Shown one piece after another: positions 18,979 through 29,260 of a stretch of DNA of 48,855 bases (positions are counted from its first letter, which is position 1; each line of letters begins with the position of its first letter). This DNA comes from a virus. Lineage: Duplodnaviria > Caudoviricetes. Below the pieces are notes generated by a model, which saw only the letters and a list, made by a program, of their open reading frames with translations, did not search any database and was not told where the DNA came from. The DNA is taken from positions 1 to 48,855 of IMG/VR virus record IMGVR_UViG_3300032218_002330; one strand, 5' to 3'. A program made the position numbers and the translations under genes.

Positions 18979-19848
18979 TTCATTCCCTCCTTCATTTTTC
19001 TTAATATTTGCCTGCTCCACTGGAGTAAACAAAACTTTTTTCTTTTCTTTATTTTGATCTGGATATAAATTTATTGCAGACTGACTATTAATTACATTGC
19101 CTGGAGCTGCTGTTTCTGAAACTTCATGATTTGATGTTGGGGCATCATCTTTCTTAAAATAACCATCAATAACTTTTTCAATTGATTCATATTTTTCAAT
19201 GTCTGCCTGTTCTACCCAACCTATATTTTCCATTGAATCACCACATACAACACATTCTCTTGATGTTGCTGCAGATGTAGAAGAAACTTCATCTGACTTA
19301 CACCAGAATACATTTTCTGTTACAATACCCTCTGCCATCTTTTGAATAGAAAAAATATTTGCAAGTGGATTTGCTGGTGAATCTACTAAACTTAATTCAT
19401 GTAACTCATACTTATTGATTACTCTATGCTCTTGGCTACCATCATCTGATTTTTCCATCTTTGCATCAATTATGTTCCCGCCAATAGAAAAACCTGTGTA
19501 TGTGCCATCTAGGCACTTTTCCCAGGCATCCTGCGCACCTTTTGATATATACGCTTCAACAAAAACACCGCTATATTTTTTGCTTGTTTTTGGATCAAAA
19601 AAAGAATCTTCTTTAAAGTTAAGCATTTTACCTACTGCAGATGGACCGTGCATTTCACGTATGTTTCCTCTGAAATTTTCAAATGCGGATTTACTTGCTT
19701 CTGCTGTTACAACGTCACCATGATGATCAACATTGTCTAGGGAGGCAAATCCAGAGACAGTTCTTTTTTCTTTATTGACCTTCGCAATTGGGAAGGATAA
19801 AGTCATTGATGATTCGCTGTTGTTCCAGTACGTTTTCTGAAGTTCCAT
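18466..19848 (-). CDS. Prohead protease fused to a C-terminal scaffold
   Basis: HK97-type protease motifs REMH, GFSIGG, ELSLVD.PAN; Cys cluster; acidic coiled-coil tail. Confidence 0.9.
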   Translation of the reverse strand: MELQKTYWNNSESSMTLSFPIAKVNKEKRTVSGFASLDNVDHHGDVVTAEASKSAFENFRGNIREMHGPSAVGKMLNFKEDSFFDPKTSKKYSGVFVEAYISKGAQDAWEKCLDGTYTGFSIGGNIIDAKMEKSDDGSQEHRVINKYELHELSLVDSPANPLANIFSIQKMAEGIVTENVFWCKSDEVSSTSAATSRECVVCGDSMENIGWVEQADIEKYESIEKVIDGYFKKDDAPTSNHEVSETAAPGNVINSQSAINLYPDQNKEKKKVLFTPVEQANIKKNEGGNEMTEDTNTEVVETTEVEAPVEAPVEETAVVAVDEAVGFAGEGIEKAVTISEVEDTLDFTKMVTDLKTFFSESIEKNYATHAATVQDVYRMVEETRADMSKAIDEIKAKHEEMNKSITDMYGKIEYVDNKLTGFESATAVKKSSDLNGSMEETKIQKSIWQGHFLGVQSLTK

Positions 19849-19900
19849 GTATAGATAAATAATAGCAAGTTTTATAAATAAGTCATAATTTTAACTGTAA

Positions 19901-21490
19901 TTATTCTTGCGTTCTTCCTTCTCCTTTTGGATTTCTCCCTGACCCCATTTTGTCAGGGGCATTTAAAACTCTATTTTGATCTCGTTCTCTTGTTCCTTTT
20001 GCACTTGTTAATGCTTCCGATGCATCTTTACCAGTCAAGTCAATTACTTCGTCACCACCAGATAGTGGTGCCATTCCCTTTCTAGATCTAACTTCATTAG
20101 GGGTAATAACTTGATCTTTAAGATAACGATCATCAATTCTGCTTTGAGTTTCTTCATCTGTAAGAGCTAATTCATTAAATCTGAGCGTAAATGCGTCTGT
20201 AAATTCACGAATAATCATGTTTACTTTATGTTCAAGTTCTTCCTGCATTGGACGACAAACTTGCTCTTTAAATGTTTTATCAGCATCTTTAGCATTAGCA
20301 AGGGAAACTCCTTGTGGCATACCTATTTTGCTGATAGGAACTCTATGCGCTATAAGGATACGATCTCTATTTTCTACTGCATAATTTTTGAATGAAGAGT
20401 CTTGTACTCCCGCTTCAACTGGTTCCATGTTAAATTCTACACGAGAATTTTCTCCATCACTAGGTAGCGGGATATAAAGTGTTCTGTGATTTCTTCCACG
20501 CAATCCAGTCTGAAAAAATTCAAGAAGTTTTCTTTCTGAATCAGCAGTTAATTTTGCACCTTTTACTGTGATGATATATCTTGGAACAGCTTTGTTCTCA
20601 AAGTAATCCAAATTAAATCTTTGTGCAAATTCATCTCCCGCAACGGCATTTTTTGCAGATAAAATATCTGGCACTCCATAATAAGTATTAGATGGGGTGA
20701 ATTTTTTAAAATGAATAACTTCGTTTGGCTGTGGATCTGTACCAATTTGATCTGGAGTTTCTATATCTCCAAAATTTCTAAAGAAAGTGTAACGATTATA
20801 TACAACTTGTACAAAACCATCTCTATGTCTACGTATACGCATTGTAGTGCAAGGTATATGGCCTATATATCCTATTTTACCCATTGCTGTTCTACCAACT
20901 TCAAGATATGCATTTCCTGTAGTTTCTAGGTCTGTATAAACTTTTTTCATATTCTCTAGGAAAGAATCGTCTGAGTTAAGTGATTCTAGATACTCTCTTA
21001 GGTCTACTTTAGCCCCCTCAATTTTTGAACGAAGTTTATCTAATTTTTTAGAATTATCCATTGCTTCTTCAACTTTTTGAACAACCTTAAATGTTTCATC
21101 AAATTTGTATCCGAGTCCAACTACGTTGGCAACTTTAGCATTTACTGCTGAATGGTGATATGGAGATACATCATACAACTGTGAAAGATAAAGCATGTTA
21201 TATGGTGGCTGAACAATTTGGAAAAGTGAATAACCAGTTAAATCAAGTGGATCAAGTTTTTTAGATTTAGCATCATCTTGCCCAGTAAATGCTTTTTCAA
21301 GCCTTGTAGCTTGTCGTCTTAAATTAGGATTAAGACCTTCCATTTTTCTAATATCATCCCAAGTTTTACTAAAAGGATCCTCGAAGCTTTCTTGTGTAGT
21401 CCCCGAAATACCATAATCTATACCTGTTTTTATTTGAACACTATCTCTTTCATCGTCATCATCCATGACTGTTATATTATGCGAGTCCAA
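19901..21490 (-). CDS. Portal protein (PBSX/HK97-like)
   Basis: 529 aa; GNAYLE, EVIHFK, YYGVP, AHRVP, TPNEVR...GM.PL.GGD motifs. Confidence 0.93.
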   Translation of the reverse strand: MDSHNITVMDDDDERDSVQIKTGIDYGISGTTQESFEDPFSKTWDDIRKMEGLNPNLRRQATRLEKAFTGQDDAKSKKLDPLDLTGYSLFQIVQPPYNMLYLSQLYDVSPYHHSAVNAKVANVVGLGYKFDETFKVVQKVEEAMDNSKKLDKLRSKIEGAKVDLREYLESLNSDDSFLENMKKVYTDLETTGNAYLEVGRTAMGKIGYIGHIPCTTMRIRRHRDGFVQVVYNRYTFFRNFGDIETPDQIGTDPQPNEVIHFKKFTPSNTYYGVPDILSAKNAVAGDEFAQRFNLDYFENKAVPRYIITVKGAKLTADSERKLLEFFQTGLRGRNHRTLYIPLPSDGENSRVEFNMEPVEAGVQDSSFKNYAVENRDRILIAHRVPISKIGMPQGVSLANAKDADKTFKEQVCRPMQEELEHKVNMIIREFTDAFTLRFNELALTDEETQSRIDDRYLKDQVITPNEVRSRKGMAPLSGGDEVIDLTGKDASEALTSAKGTRERDQNRVLNAPDKMGSGRNPKGEGRTQE

Positions 21491-21815
21491 GTTCTCTAGC
21501 CTCCTTTACGTATTCCATCATTGCTGGTAAATCTTGTGGATCTGGAACCATTCCAAATTCCGATCTTTGTTTTTGCTGCTCTAATTCTTCATCTGTTACT
21601 TGTCTGTGACCTGAAAAAAATATTGGTTTACCCTCATCTAGGCCGTAATGTTTTGCTGTTTCTTTAAGTTTTTTAATCTGTCTAATATCACCTTTGCGTG
21701 ACGGGATACTTAAATACCCGCCATCATCATCCATTACAACGGATTCGTCTGGCATCTGCCATAAATACAGTCCCCAATTAACTTCTTCTACTGGAGTAAT
21801 CTTCATTTTTCCCAT
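21477..21815 (-). CDS. Hypothetical protein upstream of the portal
   Basis: 112 aa ORF with an extended -10 element 7 nt before its ATG. Confidence 0.7.
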   Translation of the reverse strand: MGKMKITPVEEVNWGLYLWQMPDESVVMDDDGGYLSIPSRKGDIRQIKKLKETAKHYGLDEGKPIFFSGHRQVTDEELEQQKQRSEFGMVPDPQDLPAMMEYVKEARELGLA

Positions 21816-21876
21816 AATATATATAATACCATTCTATGTTGTTAAAGCCTAAAAAATGTACTGCAAACTGCCAAAA

Positions 21877-23871
21877 TTAATAAATATGTGTATGCGAAAA
21901 GACAGGTTTACCACTATTTACTTGAGAAGATGTACCTGCATATTCCAAAACACTTCCAAATGATGTTTCTGAGTCATTTAATTGTGCGACTTTAGAAGTT
22001 AAATAAGAAATATATCTACTTTCTACATCTGCATGAGATAATGTATCATGAAATAAAGTAACATATCCATAACTTCCTGAACAAGGTTGGAGTGAATTAT
22101 CTGCTGCCTTATTTAAAAAAAAGTTATTTGATATATCATCTGGATATACCATTATTATGTGATATGGCTCACCTATTATTAAAGTAATAGGTGATAATGT
22201 TTTATCTACTGAGTTTACATATAAAACTCCGCCTGCTATATTTGAAATAAGTGTATTATCACTTGTATCAACATAGATGTCTACACCACCTTGGTTTGTA
22301 TCTAAAATAGCTGCCCCTTCTCCATTATATGTAAACCAAAACTCTACACATCTATAAGTAGATCCATTTAAAGTGGTGCCTAGTAGCGAACCTGGGATTC
22401 CCTCATCTGTTTGTTTTTCAAAATTAAAACCTAATTTTTTTGTACGGGATATAAAAGAATTATCATTAGAGCGAAGCATATACGGGATACTGCTTGCTGG
22501 GGATAAAGAAAAACTACCAGAATCTGAAATAATATCTAAACTGCTGTAAAGTTTTATATCTAGGTTATCTATTCTTGGTTGATACGCCAATGAAGTATCT
22601 GCAGAATATATTTGAACTTTAATTAAAATATTTGCAGAATAAATATCTGAAACTGTATCTGAAAAATATGGGACTACTTTTCCATTTGTAACAGGATAAT
22701 AACCTTCACCACCATTATAAGATATAAATACGCAAACATATTTATCTAATGCAAACTCATTATTATTTACCGCTGAATCCCAAGAAATAGACATAGCTGC
22801 AAAATTTGTATAGTAGTTAATCGGATGGTTATATGTCCAAGTTCCTATTAAACTTCCTGGAATATCTGTTTTTGCTATTGTTAAGCCCGTATTATTTGAT
22901 ATCAATCCATCAAAATATCCTGCCGTATATTCCCCTGGATAATTAAAAGATCTTTGTGAAACTATTCGACCTGAATTACTATTGTTTAAAAAATGAGAAG
23001 TGTTTGTTTGATATGAAAAATTTAAAGGATCGCTGTCTCTTGATGCCCAAAATAAATGAGACCTTATTTCATTTACAGATAATGGCCTGTCGTATACAGC
23101 AAGATCACTAATTATGAAATTTTTATTAGGGCCAGATGGACCAATTTTTATTTTAAGTTGATTTGATTTTGGAGATATAAATTCAAAATTTTCTGGCAAA
23201 TTAATAGTTTCATCTACTAACCCGTTAACATATATAGAAATAGTCTTGTTGCGATATAACGCAAAGATATGCATTTTTGAATCCCAAGACCTCAGTTGTT
23301 TTTTAGAAGAATATCCAAGTACTGCAGATGTTGATTCTGATTGAGTTATTTCTGCTGTTACTGGGTCTTTAGACAAAGATGTAGTATGAGTTAAACCATT
23401 GATGTCAAAATATATTGCATCATTATTTACATATATATTTGCGGTAACATCTTCATTTTCAACTGTTAAAATGTTTAAATTTGAATCATAATTTTGTGGG
23501 ACTAAAAGCCAAAATTCTATACCAAATGTCTTTTCCTCATAACCCTTATATAAAGAATTATATACATTTGGTATTACCAGAGAAGATGAGTTATCTATTC
23601 TACATGCATTAAAATATGTTTCTGTACTATCAAAAGTTGTAAGTGGAGCAATATTTTCAATTGTAGGTTGAGATGCAAAATTAACAAAAATAGGGTTATC
23701 ATTATAAATTCTATCTGGGATTACATATGCCTCAGCATCTCCATTATAGGCAATAGATCCGTTGTAATAAATATGTGGGTCATTATAAGAAATAGATAAG
23801 TTGTTAGTAATGTTATTAAGTTGCCAGTACCCTATTGGTCTGTCTGATATAACTTTATTTTTGTATGACAT
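21877..23871 (-). CDS. Concanavalin A/LamG-domain virion protein
   Basis: MSY...V..D.P.GYW.L start, IEFW, IYVNG, ISDLAVYDRPLS..EI..H motifs. Confidence 0.8.
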   Translation of the reverse strand: MSYKNKVISDRPIGYWQLNNITNNLSISYNDPHIYYNGSIAYNGDAEAYVIPDRIYNDNPIFVNFASQPTIENIAPLTTFDSTETYFNACRIDNSSSLVIPNVYNSLYKGYEEKTFGIEFWLLVPQNYDSNLNILTVENEDVTANIYVNNDAIYFDINGLTHTTSLSKDPVTAEITQSESTSAVLGYSSKKQLRSWDSKMHIFALYRNKTISIYVNGLVDETINLPENFEFISPKSNQLKIKIGPSGPNKNFIISDLAVYDRPLSVNEIRSHLFWASRDSDPLNFSYQTNTSHFLNNSNSGRIVSQRSFNYPGEYTAGYFDGLISNNTGLTIAKTDIPGSLIGTWTYNHPINYYTNFAAMSISWDSAVNNNEFALDKYVCVFISYNGGEGYYPVTNGKVVPYFSDTVSDIYSANILIKVQIYSADTSLAYQPRIDNLDIKLYSSLDIISDSGSFSLSPASSIPYMLRSNDNSFISRTKKLGFNFEKQTDEGIPGSLLGTTLNGSTYRCVEFWFTYNGEGAAILDTNQGGVDIYVDTSDNTLISNIAGGVLYVNSVDKTLSPITLIIGEPYHIIMVYPDDISNNFFLNKAADNSLQPCSGSYGYVTLFHDTLSHADVESRYISYLTSKVAQLNDSETSFGSVLEYAGTSSQVNSGKPVFSHTHIY

Positions 23872-23892
23872 TTTATAACACCCCCTTATATT

Positions 23893-25284
23893 TTAAAGAA
23901 TTAATGAATAGTACCACGCTATACCTTCATCTACTTCGCCTGTTGCACCTTGTGTTCCTGTTGGGCCTGTAGAACCTGTTGGCCCTGTATTTCCTCTTGC
24001 TCCTGTTGGCCCATTTGCACCATCGTTTCCTGAAAATCCTGTTGCTCCTGTTGGCCCTGTTGCTCCAGTAATAGAGTTAGCAGCACCAGTTGGCCCAATT
24101 GATCCTGTAGCACCAGTTGCTCCCGTAGGACCAACGACTGTACTATCTGCTCCCGTAGGACCAGTAGATCCAATATTGCCTTGTGCTCCTGTTGGACCTG
24201 TAGAACCAGTATTACCTTGAGATCCTGTTGAACCTGTAGACCCAGTATTGCCTTGTGCTCCTGTTGGACCTGTAGAACCAGTATTACCTTGAGATCCTGT
24301 TGAACCTGTAGACCCAGTATTGCCTTGAGACCCTGTTGGACCTGTAGAACCTTGTGCGCCCGTATTTCCTTGAGGACCTACAATTTGTCCAACATTTGTC
24401 CAAGAAGAACCATTCCATACATAAAGATTTCCATTATCAATCTGTAGATAAGCGTCATTGGTTAATTGTCCAGTTATTGCATTTAAAGCTGTTGAATTAG
24501 CTACAGAACCTTTAAAGTTAATACTTGTTCCTTGAGCACCTGTCGCTCCTGTAGGGCCTGTAGATCCTGTTGGACCTGTAGGTCCAGGAACTGTACTGTT
24601 TGCTCCTGTTGGGCCCGTTAAACCTGTATTACCTTGTATCCCAGTAGGTCCTGTGGCACCAGTTGGACCAGCTATGGTACTATTTGCGCCAGTAGCGCCT
24701 TTAATATTTCCAATGTCAACCCATGAAGATGTTAGCCAAACAACCAAATCTCCATTATTCAATATGTATGCATCTCCATTTGAACCAACTGGTATTGCTG
24801 CTGATAATGATGATAAATCTGTATATTGACCTTTTATTAAAGTTGGAACTCCTTGAGCACCCGTTGGTCCAGTTGGACCAATAATTCCAGTTGGACCTGT
24901 TGGACCTGTTGCTCCAAAAGCGGGAGACCAAGAAAGTTCAGAACCATTTGTTGTTAAAAAATAACCATTTTTATTAGTTTGACTTGGAACTATTGGGATA
25001 GTTATTGAATCACCAAGTTCAATTTGATTACCATTTATATCAATGTAAGAATTAATCAATGAAGAATTTGGTATAGATAATATTGATGTTAGTAATGAGC
25101 TAACTTTGTAATCTATAGAATTTGTATTAGCAGAACTATTAATGCCAATTTTTGCTTGCATTGATTCAATGGCATCATTGATATCTGAGTGTTCAGACGA
25201 GTGTCGAACACCTTCATCATTTAGAGTATTACTAGAATTGGGGTTTTGAAAATCATCTAACCCGCCAGGGAAATTAGTAGCCAT
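23893..25284 (-). CDS. Collagen-like fibre protein 4
   Basis: Long G-X-T/Q triplet runs, two GDAY..GDL.VW linker domains, C-terminus AWYYSLIL. Confidence 0.85.
   Translation of the reverse strand: MATNFPGGLDDFQNPNSSNTLNDEGVRHSSEHSDINDAIESMQAKIGINSSANTNSIDYKVSSLLTSILSIPNSSLINSYIDINGNQIELGDSITIPIVPSQTNKNGYFLTTNGSELSWSPAFGATGPTGPTGIIGPTGPTGAQGVPTLIKGQYTDLSSLSAAIPVGSNGDAYILNNGDLVVWLTSSWVDIGNIKGATGANSTIAGPTGATGPTGIQGNTGLTGPTGANSTVPGPTGPTGSTGPTGATGAQGTSINFKGSVANSTALNAITGQLTNDAYLQIDNGNLYVWNGSSWTNVGQIVGPQGNTGAQGSTGPTGSQGNTGSTGSTGSQGNTGSTGPTGAQGNTGSTGSTGSQGNTGSTGPTGAQGNIGSTGPTGADSTVVGPTGATGATGSIGPTGAANSITGATGPTGATGFSGNDGANGPTGARGNTGPTGSTGPTGTQGATGEVDEGIAWYYSLIL
23935..24370. repeat. Collagen-coding tandem repeats including a 72 bp unit
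   Basis: Repeated 24-codon unit [24 protein letters not shown]. Confidence 0.8.
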
Positions 25285-25318
25285 ATATATACGATTATAC
25301 CATTCCCTTCAAGAAAGA

Positions 25319-25930
25319 CTATCTTCTAAATACGCCTGTTGCCCTTGCAAGATGATTCATAATTCCTGGATCCCAGCCTACTGGAAGATCATTCATCCAA
25401 GTTACCAATACATATTTTTCACCTTCTGTAACTGGCATTGCTGCATGTAGGTATGTATGATTAGAAGGGAAAAGCACAATTGCTGGCTTTTCAGGTTTTA
25501 CGCTAAGATCGAAATGCTTAAAGTGAGTTTCTCCACCTTGATAATCAGACGGGTTTAAGTAAATCAATGCAGAACTTGTTCTGTAAATACTCCAAGCTCC
25601 GTCTGAATGATAGTCATACTTATTAGACTCTCTATATCTCAAAAGATTTAAACCTTCATCTTGATTAACTGGTGCAGCAAAATATGCTGAATAATCATTG
25701 ATTGCTTCTGTAAGAGTTTTTCTTACTTCTTGAGACCAGAACGGCAAAGACTCATCAAAATTAATACTTTGACTTGTTCTAATTTCTTGCTCTTGCAAAT
25801 CATCATTACCTACACCACTTTTAGACCAAGGGAGCGTTGTTGACTGTTGAACCATATCTACTATATTTTTTGCTACGGATTCTGGAAAATCATACTGCCA
25901 AACTCCTACTGCTAACTCTTTATGTTCCAT
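25319..25930 (-). CDS. 2OG-Fe(II) oxygenase, prolyl 4-hydroxylase-like
   Basis: IRTS, LLRY, HSD, YLN..DY.GGET.F, FPSN..Y.H..MPV..G.KY: HxD...H triad and 2OG-binding Lys. Confidence 0.9.
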   Translation of the reverse strand: MEHKELAVGVWQYDFPESVAKNIVDMVQQSTTLPWSKSGVGNDDLQEQEIRTSQSINFDESLPFWSQEVRKTLTEAINDYSAYFAAPVNQDEGLNLLRYRESNKYDYHSDGAWSIYRTSSALIYLNPSDYQGGETHFKHFDLSVKPEKPAIVLFPSNHTYLHAAMPVTEGEKYVLVTWMNDLPVGWDPGIMNHLARATGVFRR

Positions 25931-26646
25931 TATTTTACCTTTCTTTTAAAAATCTTTTTAACCCATAAATCTTTTGAATAATGTTTTTCTATATTTCCAA
26001 TATTATCCTCAAGTGTAATATATTCTTCTTCATCTATGTCTTTGTATTCTATTTCCCACTCTGAACGAACAAATGGAACTATTTGTGCAAGAGGTGTTCC
26101 TGATGCTATCTTTACTGGTTTATTTATATCCATATCTTTTATTGTAAATAAAATATTTAATGGCATATAAAAATTATCTGTGTCTACAATCCCTGGCATA
26201 ATTTCTGTTTTTAGATCTGGTCTATATTGAGGTTGCATCATCATTATACTAGTACCTTTTGGAGTTTTAAGTCTAAAAGGGCTTATAAATTTTTCTACGC
26301 CAGTTTTTTGCATAGCAAAATTTACTGATGGGAATAAACCTAATTGTTCATGTGGATGAGGGCTAAACATTTGTCGACCTTCATCTCTATGTCTAACCAC
26401 AAACATTTTTCCATTTTCATCTTTTTGAATGAGCACATCAAATGGCCAAAAAACAATATACCCTTGTGTCATTTGATCATAAACCCCACGACAAGTTTTA
26501 ACTGTTTTTCTAGTCATTGGGTTATGTAATTCTTTAAACCATTCAGGAATACATTCTTCAGCTGGTTTTGGTTTAAACATATTTACATGATGATCTTCGC
26601 TGAAAGAAATCTCTTTATAATGAAATTCTATTGTATTTCTTTTCAT
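25930..26646 (-). CDS. dUTPase-like-fold protein (DUF6065-like), paralog B
   Basis: TVKTC..V.D.M..GY, KTPKG, PGIVDTD, GTPLAQIVPF. Confidence 0.6.
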   Translation of the reverse strand: MKRNTIEFHYKEISFSEDHHVNMFKPKPAEECIPEWFKELHNPMTRKTVKTCRGVYDQMTQGYIVFWPFDVLIQKDENGKMFVVRHRDEGRQMFSPHPHEQLGLFPSVNFAMQKTGVEKFISPFRLKTPKGTSIMMMQPQYRPDLKTEIMPGIVDTDNFYMPLNILFTIKDMDINKPVKIASGTPLAQIVPFVRSEWEIEYKDIDEEEYITLEDNIGNIEKHYSKDLWVKKIFKRKVK

Positions 26647-27362
26647 TTGTAAGTCTTTTTATTCCAAAAAGTTCTTTTATATCTATTTTCAAAAAATATT
26701 GAATGCTTCATTAAATTAAGCATTTTCTGACCTTTCTCTAGCGTGGAGTACTCTGCTTCCCAATCATTTCTTTTAAAAGGTATAACTTGTGCTATTGGTG
26801 TATTAGCTGGGATTACCCCTTCAAAATCATTTCTTAATATAAATGGAAATTGCACTGATAATTTAAACCCATCTGTATCTACAATTGCAGGTAATATTTG
26901 AAATGGTAGATCATCTCTATGCATTGGTTGAACAAACAAAGTACTCCAACCCTTTGGAGTTTTTACTATCCAATTATTAGTCCATTTTAAAAAATTTCTA
27001 TTAAATTCTTTAGGTATATTCATAGTATCTACTTGCGAATTTGCATGCTCTGTCACAAGCTTAAAATCAATTGGGTTTGAAAACACGATTCCACCATTTT
27101 CTTTGTTTCTAGAAACATTTACATCTGATGGCAATAAAATATAATAGCCTGTTGTCATAGAATCAAACACTGGCATACATTTTTTTATAGTAGAGTTTGC
27201 AAAACCATTTTCATAATTTTTTATACCATCCATATAACCATTCATTTTTTTATACCACTCAGGCACCATTTTAGAAGCTGGAACTGGTTTTGGCCAATAA
27301 TCTAAATCTGGTTCCTCAGAAATAAATTCTATTTTTAGCCTATTTCTCATTCTCAAGAACAT
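26643..27362 (-). CDS. dUTPase-like-fold protein (DUF6065-like), paralog A
   Basis: TIKKCMPVFDSMTTGY, KTPKGWS, PAIVDTD, NTPIAQVIPF; start may be the Met a few codons downstream. Confidence 0.6.
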   Translation of the reverse strand: MFLRMRNRLKIEFISEEPDLDYWPKPVPASKMVPEWYKKMNGYMDGIKNYENGFANSTIKKCMPVFDSMTTGYYILLPSDVNVSRNKENGGIVFSNPIDFKLVTEHANSQVDTMNIPKEFNRNFLKWTNNWIVKTPKGWSTLFVQPMHRDDLPFQILPAIVDTDGFKLSVQFPFILRNDFEGVIPANTPIAQVIPFKRNDWEAEYSTLEKGQKMLNLMKHSIFFENRYKRTFWNKKTYK

Positions 27363-28557
27363 TTTCTAGCCAAGGGTATCCTGGTTGATACATCCACTTA
27401 TCATAGTCAGTTGTAGAGTATACATAAAGCTCAGTTAAAAAGTTAATGTATGAAGTTATTTTATTATGCTTAATCTCATCGACTGGAGCAAATATTTTTT
27501 TGTCTTTATAACTTATATTTGCTAACTTTTCATAATCTTCAAAAGATCGTTTTGCGTTTTTAGTTTTTTTAAGTTTTTCAATTAATTCTTTTCCACCTAA
27601 TCCACTATCCCAATATGATTCTGCAGCAAAAAGTTCTGGGAATTCTGTTTCTGGATGAGGTCTATGGGCCAAGTTTTGTCCTGCAGATTGTGAATAAAAA
27701 TGCATAATTCCAGTAATTCTGGGGGTATAAAAAGTATAACCTTTCATATAAGAAAGAATAGAATAATATTGTTCTTCTTCTAAAAATCTTAATTTAGGAT
27801 CAGCTGGAACATCGTAAATATATTTTCCATCTGCAAATATTTGTGCTGGAGATATTGCTGATGCAAGTGCAATTGTTTCAGCAAAAGCCATTTCTCTATC
27901 GCCATGTCTTGGGAAACCATTTTTATTAAAATCTGGTTCTGCATGACTTACAGGCCTCATGCAAGGAACACGATTAAACCCTTCTTTGCCTCTAAAGTAA
28001 ATTTCTTTTGACTTTTTATTATAAAAAGGATACATTTCATTGACAAATGGAAATTCGTCTGGAGCATATGCAATTGGATATCCAGTTATTAGTGGCATAT
28101 CATCACCTAAAGCTTTTAATCCCTCCAAGTGATTTATCAAAAGATCATCCCAATGTGGGTCAAATTTCATATGAGCATCTATTTGTAAGAAATAATCTTC
28201 TTTGTTATAAAAAGAATTTGCGTCTGCTCTTTGTTTTCCAAGCCCAACGTTTTCTTTATTAATTGGCTTTAAACTTATTTGTATATTTTTAAACTTTTTT
28301 AATTTTTCCCAATATGGTTTTTCATCTTCGCCAAATACAAGACCTATACCAAAAAATAACCTATCTGGATTTTTTGCGTTATAAATAGCACTTTCAATTG
28401 TTTCAACTAGATCATCATCTCTATAACAAGGTATAGCAACAAAAATTGTTTTACTATCTCTGCCATCACGATATACATCAAAAAAAGATTCATATTTATA
28501 AACATTATCTAACTCATTTGAAACTGAAGTTTGATACGGTTTTTGCATTATTGACAT
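27340..28557 (-). CDS. GT60-like GlcNAc transferase (Skp1-hydroxyproline/polypeptide GlcNAc-transferase family)
   Basis: IFVAIPCYRD...TI.S....A.NP.R..FG, YFLQIDAHMKF...WD (DxH motif), F.EE, GY..Y.P...H.Y, R.F.DYE motifs. Confidence 0.8.
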   Translation of the reverse strand: MSIMQKPYQTSVSNELDNVYKYESFFDVYRDGRDSKTIFVAIPCYRDDDLVETIESAIYNAKNPDRLFFGIGLVFGEDEKPYWEKLKKFKNIQISLKPINKENVGLGKQRADANSFYNKEDYFLQIDAHMKFDPHWDDLLINHLEGLKALGDDMPLITGYPIAYAPDEFPFVNEMYPFYNKKSKEIYFRGKEGFNRVPCMRPVSHAEPDFNKNGFPRHGDREMAFAETIALASAISPAQIFADGKYIYDVPADPKLRFLEEEQYYSILSYMKGYTFYTPRITGIMHFYSQSAGQNLAHRPHPETEFPELFAAESYWDSGLGGKELIEKLKKTKNAKRSFEDYEKLANISYKDKKIFAPVDEIKHNKITSYINFLTELYVYSTTDYDKWMYQPGYPWLENVLENEK

Positions 28558-28572
28558 TATTATTTCTTTCTA

Positions 28573-29250
28573 TTATACGATAAACTCTAGAGCTGTACCT
28601 GATGCATATCCAGTTACATCTATTAATATATTACTTGTATTTCTTGTAGCTTGTGAGACTAACACTACAACCCCGCCACCAGTTGTATAAGTAGAAACTG
28701 GTTTATAGCCTGTAGCATAAATTGTACCATATCCAGAGATTTTACGTGCAGAAACTATTGCAACCCCACCTCCTGGATTCGTTCCATCTCCTGCGCCACC
28801 TTTTAAAAATAAAGGGGTTGTTTGACCAGCATGTAACATGTATCCTGAAACTGCGTTTCTTGCTAAATTAAAATAACCCGTAGTGGTTGGGGCGGTTGCT
28901 GTATAGCTTGCACTAGAGCCACCTAAAGAATTTGCTACAGATACTGTTCCTCCACCTTGAATTGTTCCTGTAGTAGATGAACCATTTTTTAAACCAATAC
29001 TTGTTGTTGCTTGATTAGCAATAGCAGTTGAAAATGAAAGAGAATTTCTTACAAATACTCTATACCCAGCAGTATTTAGATGTATACCATCATTAATAGT
29101 TAAATTATTATAATACATATCTCTTGACAAAGATGTATTTGCAGATATAGTAACATTTCCATCTTGACCTGAACCATATACCTCATCTGGGATTGAAGTA
29201 AAACTAGTTGATGTTGATGCTCCTATTGATGAAGTACCTGATTTTCCCAT
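28573..29250 (-). CDS. Glycine-rich virion protein, short paralog of the 743 aa protein
   Basis: YG.G.DGNVTIS.NT.L.RDMYYNNLTIN.G..L..AG.R.FV shared with 29261..31492; GGGV..V repeats. Confidence 0.75.
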   Translation of the reverse strand: MGKSGTSSIGASTSTSFTSIPDEVYGSGQDGNVTISANTSLSRDMYYNNLTINDGIHLNTAGYRVFVRNSLSFSTAIANQATTSIGLKNGSSTTGTIQGGGTVSVANSLGGSSASYTATAPTTTGYFNLARNAVSGYMLHAGQTTPLFLKGGAGDGTNPGGGVAIVSARKISGYGTIYATGYKPVSTYTTGGGVVVLVSQATRNTSNILIDVTGYASGTALEFIV

Positions 29251-29260
29251 TTTTTTCTCC

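Noticed and set aside
1319-20929. Short ORFs overlapping tail, TMP, capsid, protease and portal genes, mostly plus-strand
   Set aside because: Antisense or off-frame to well-supported genes; typical codon-bias shadows
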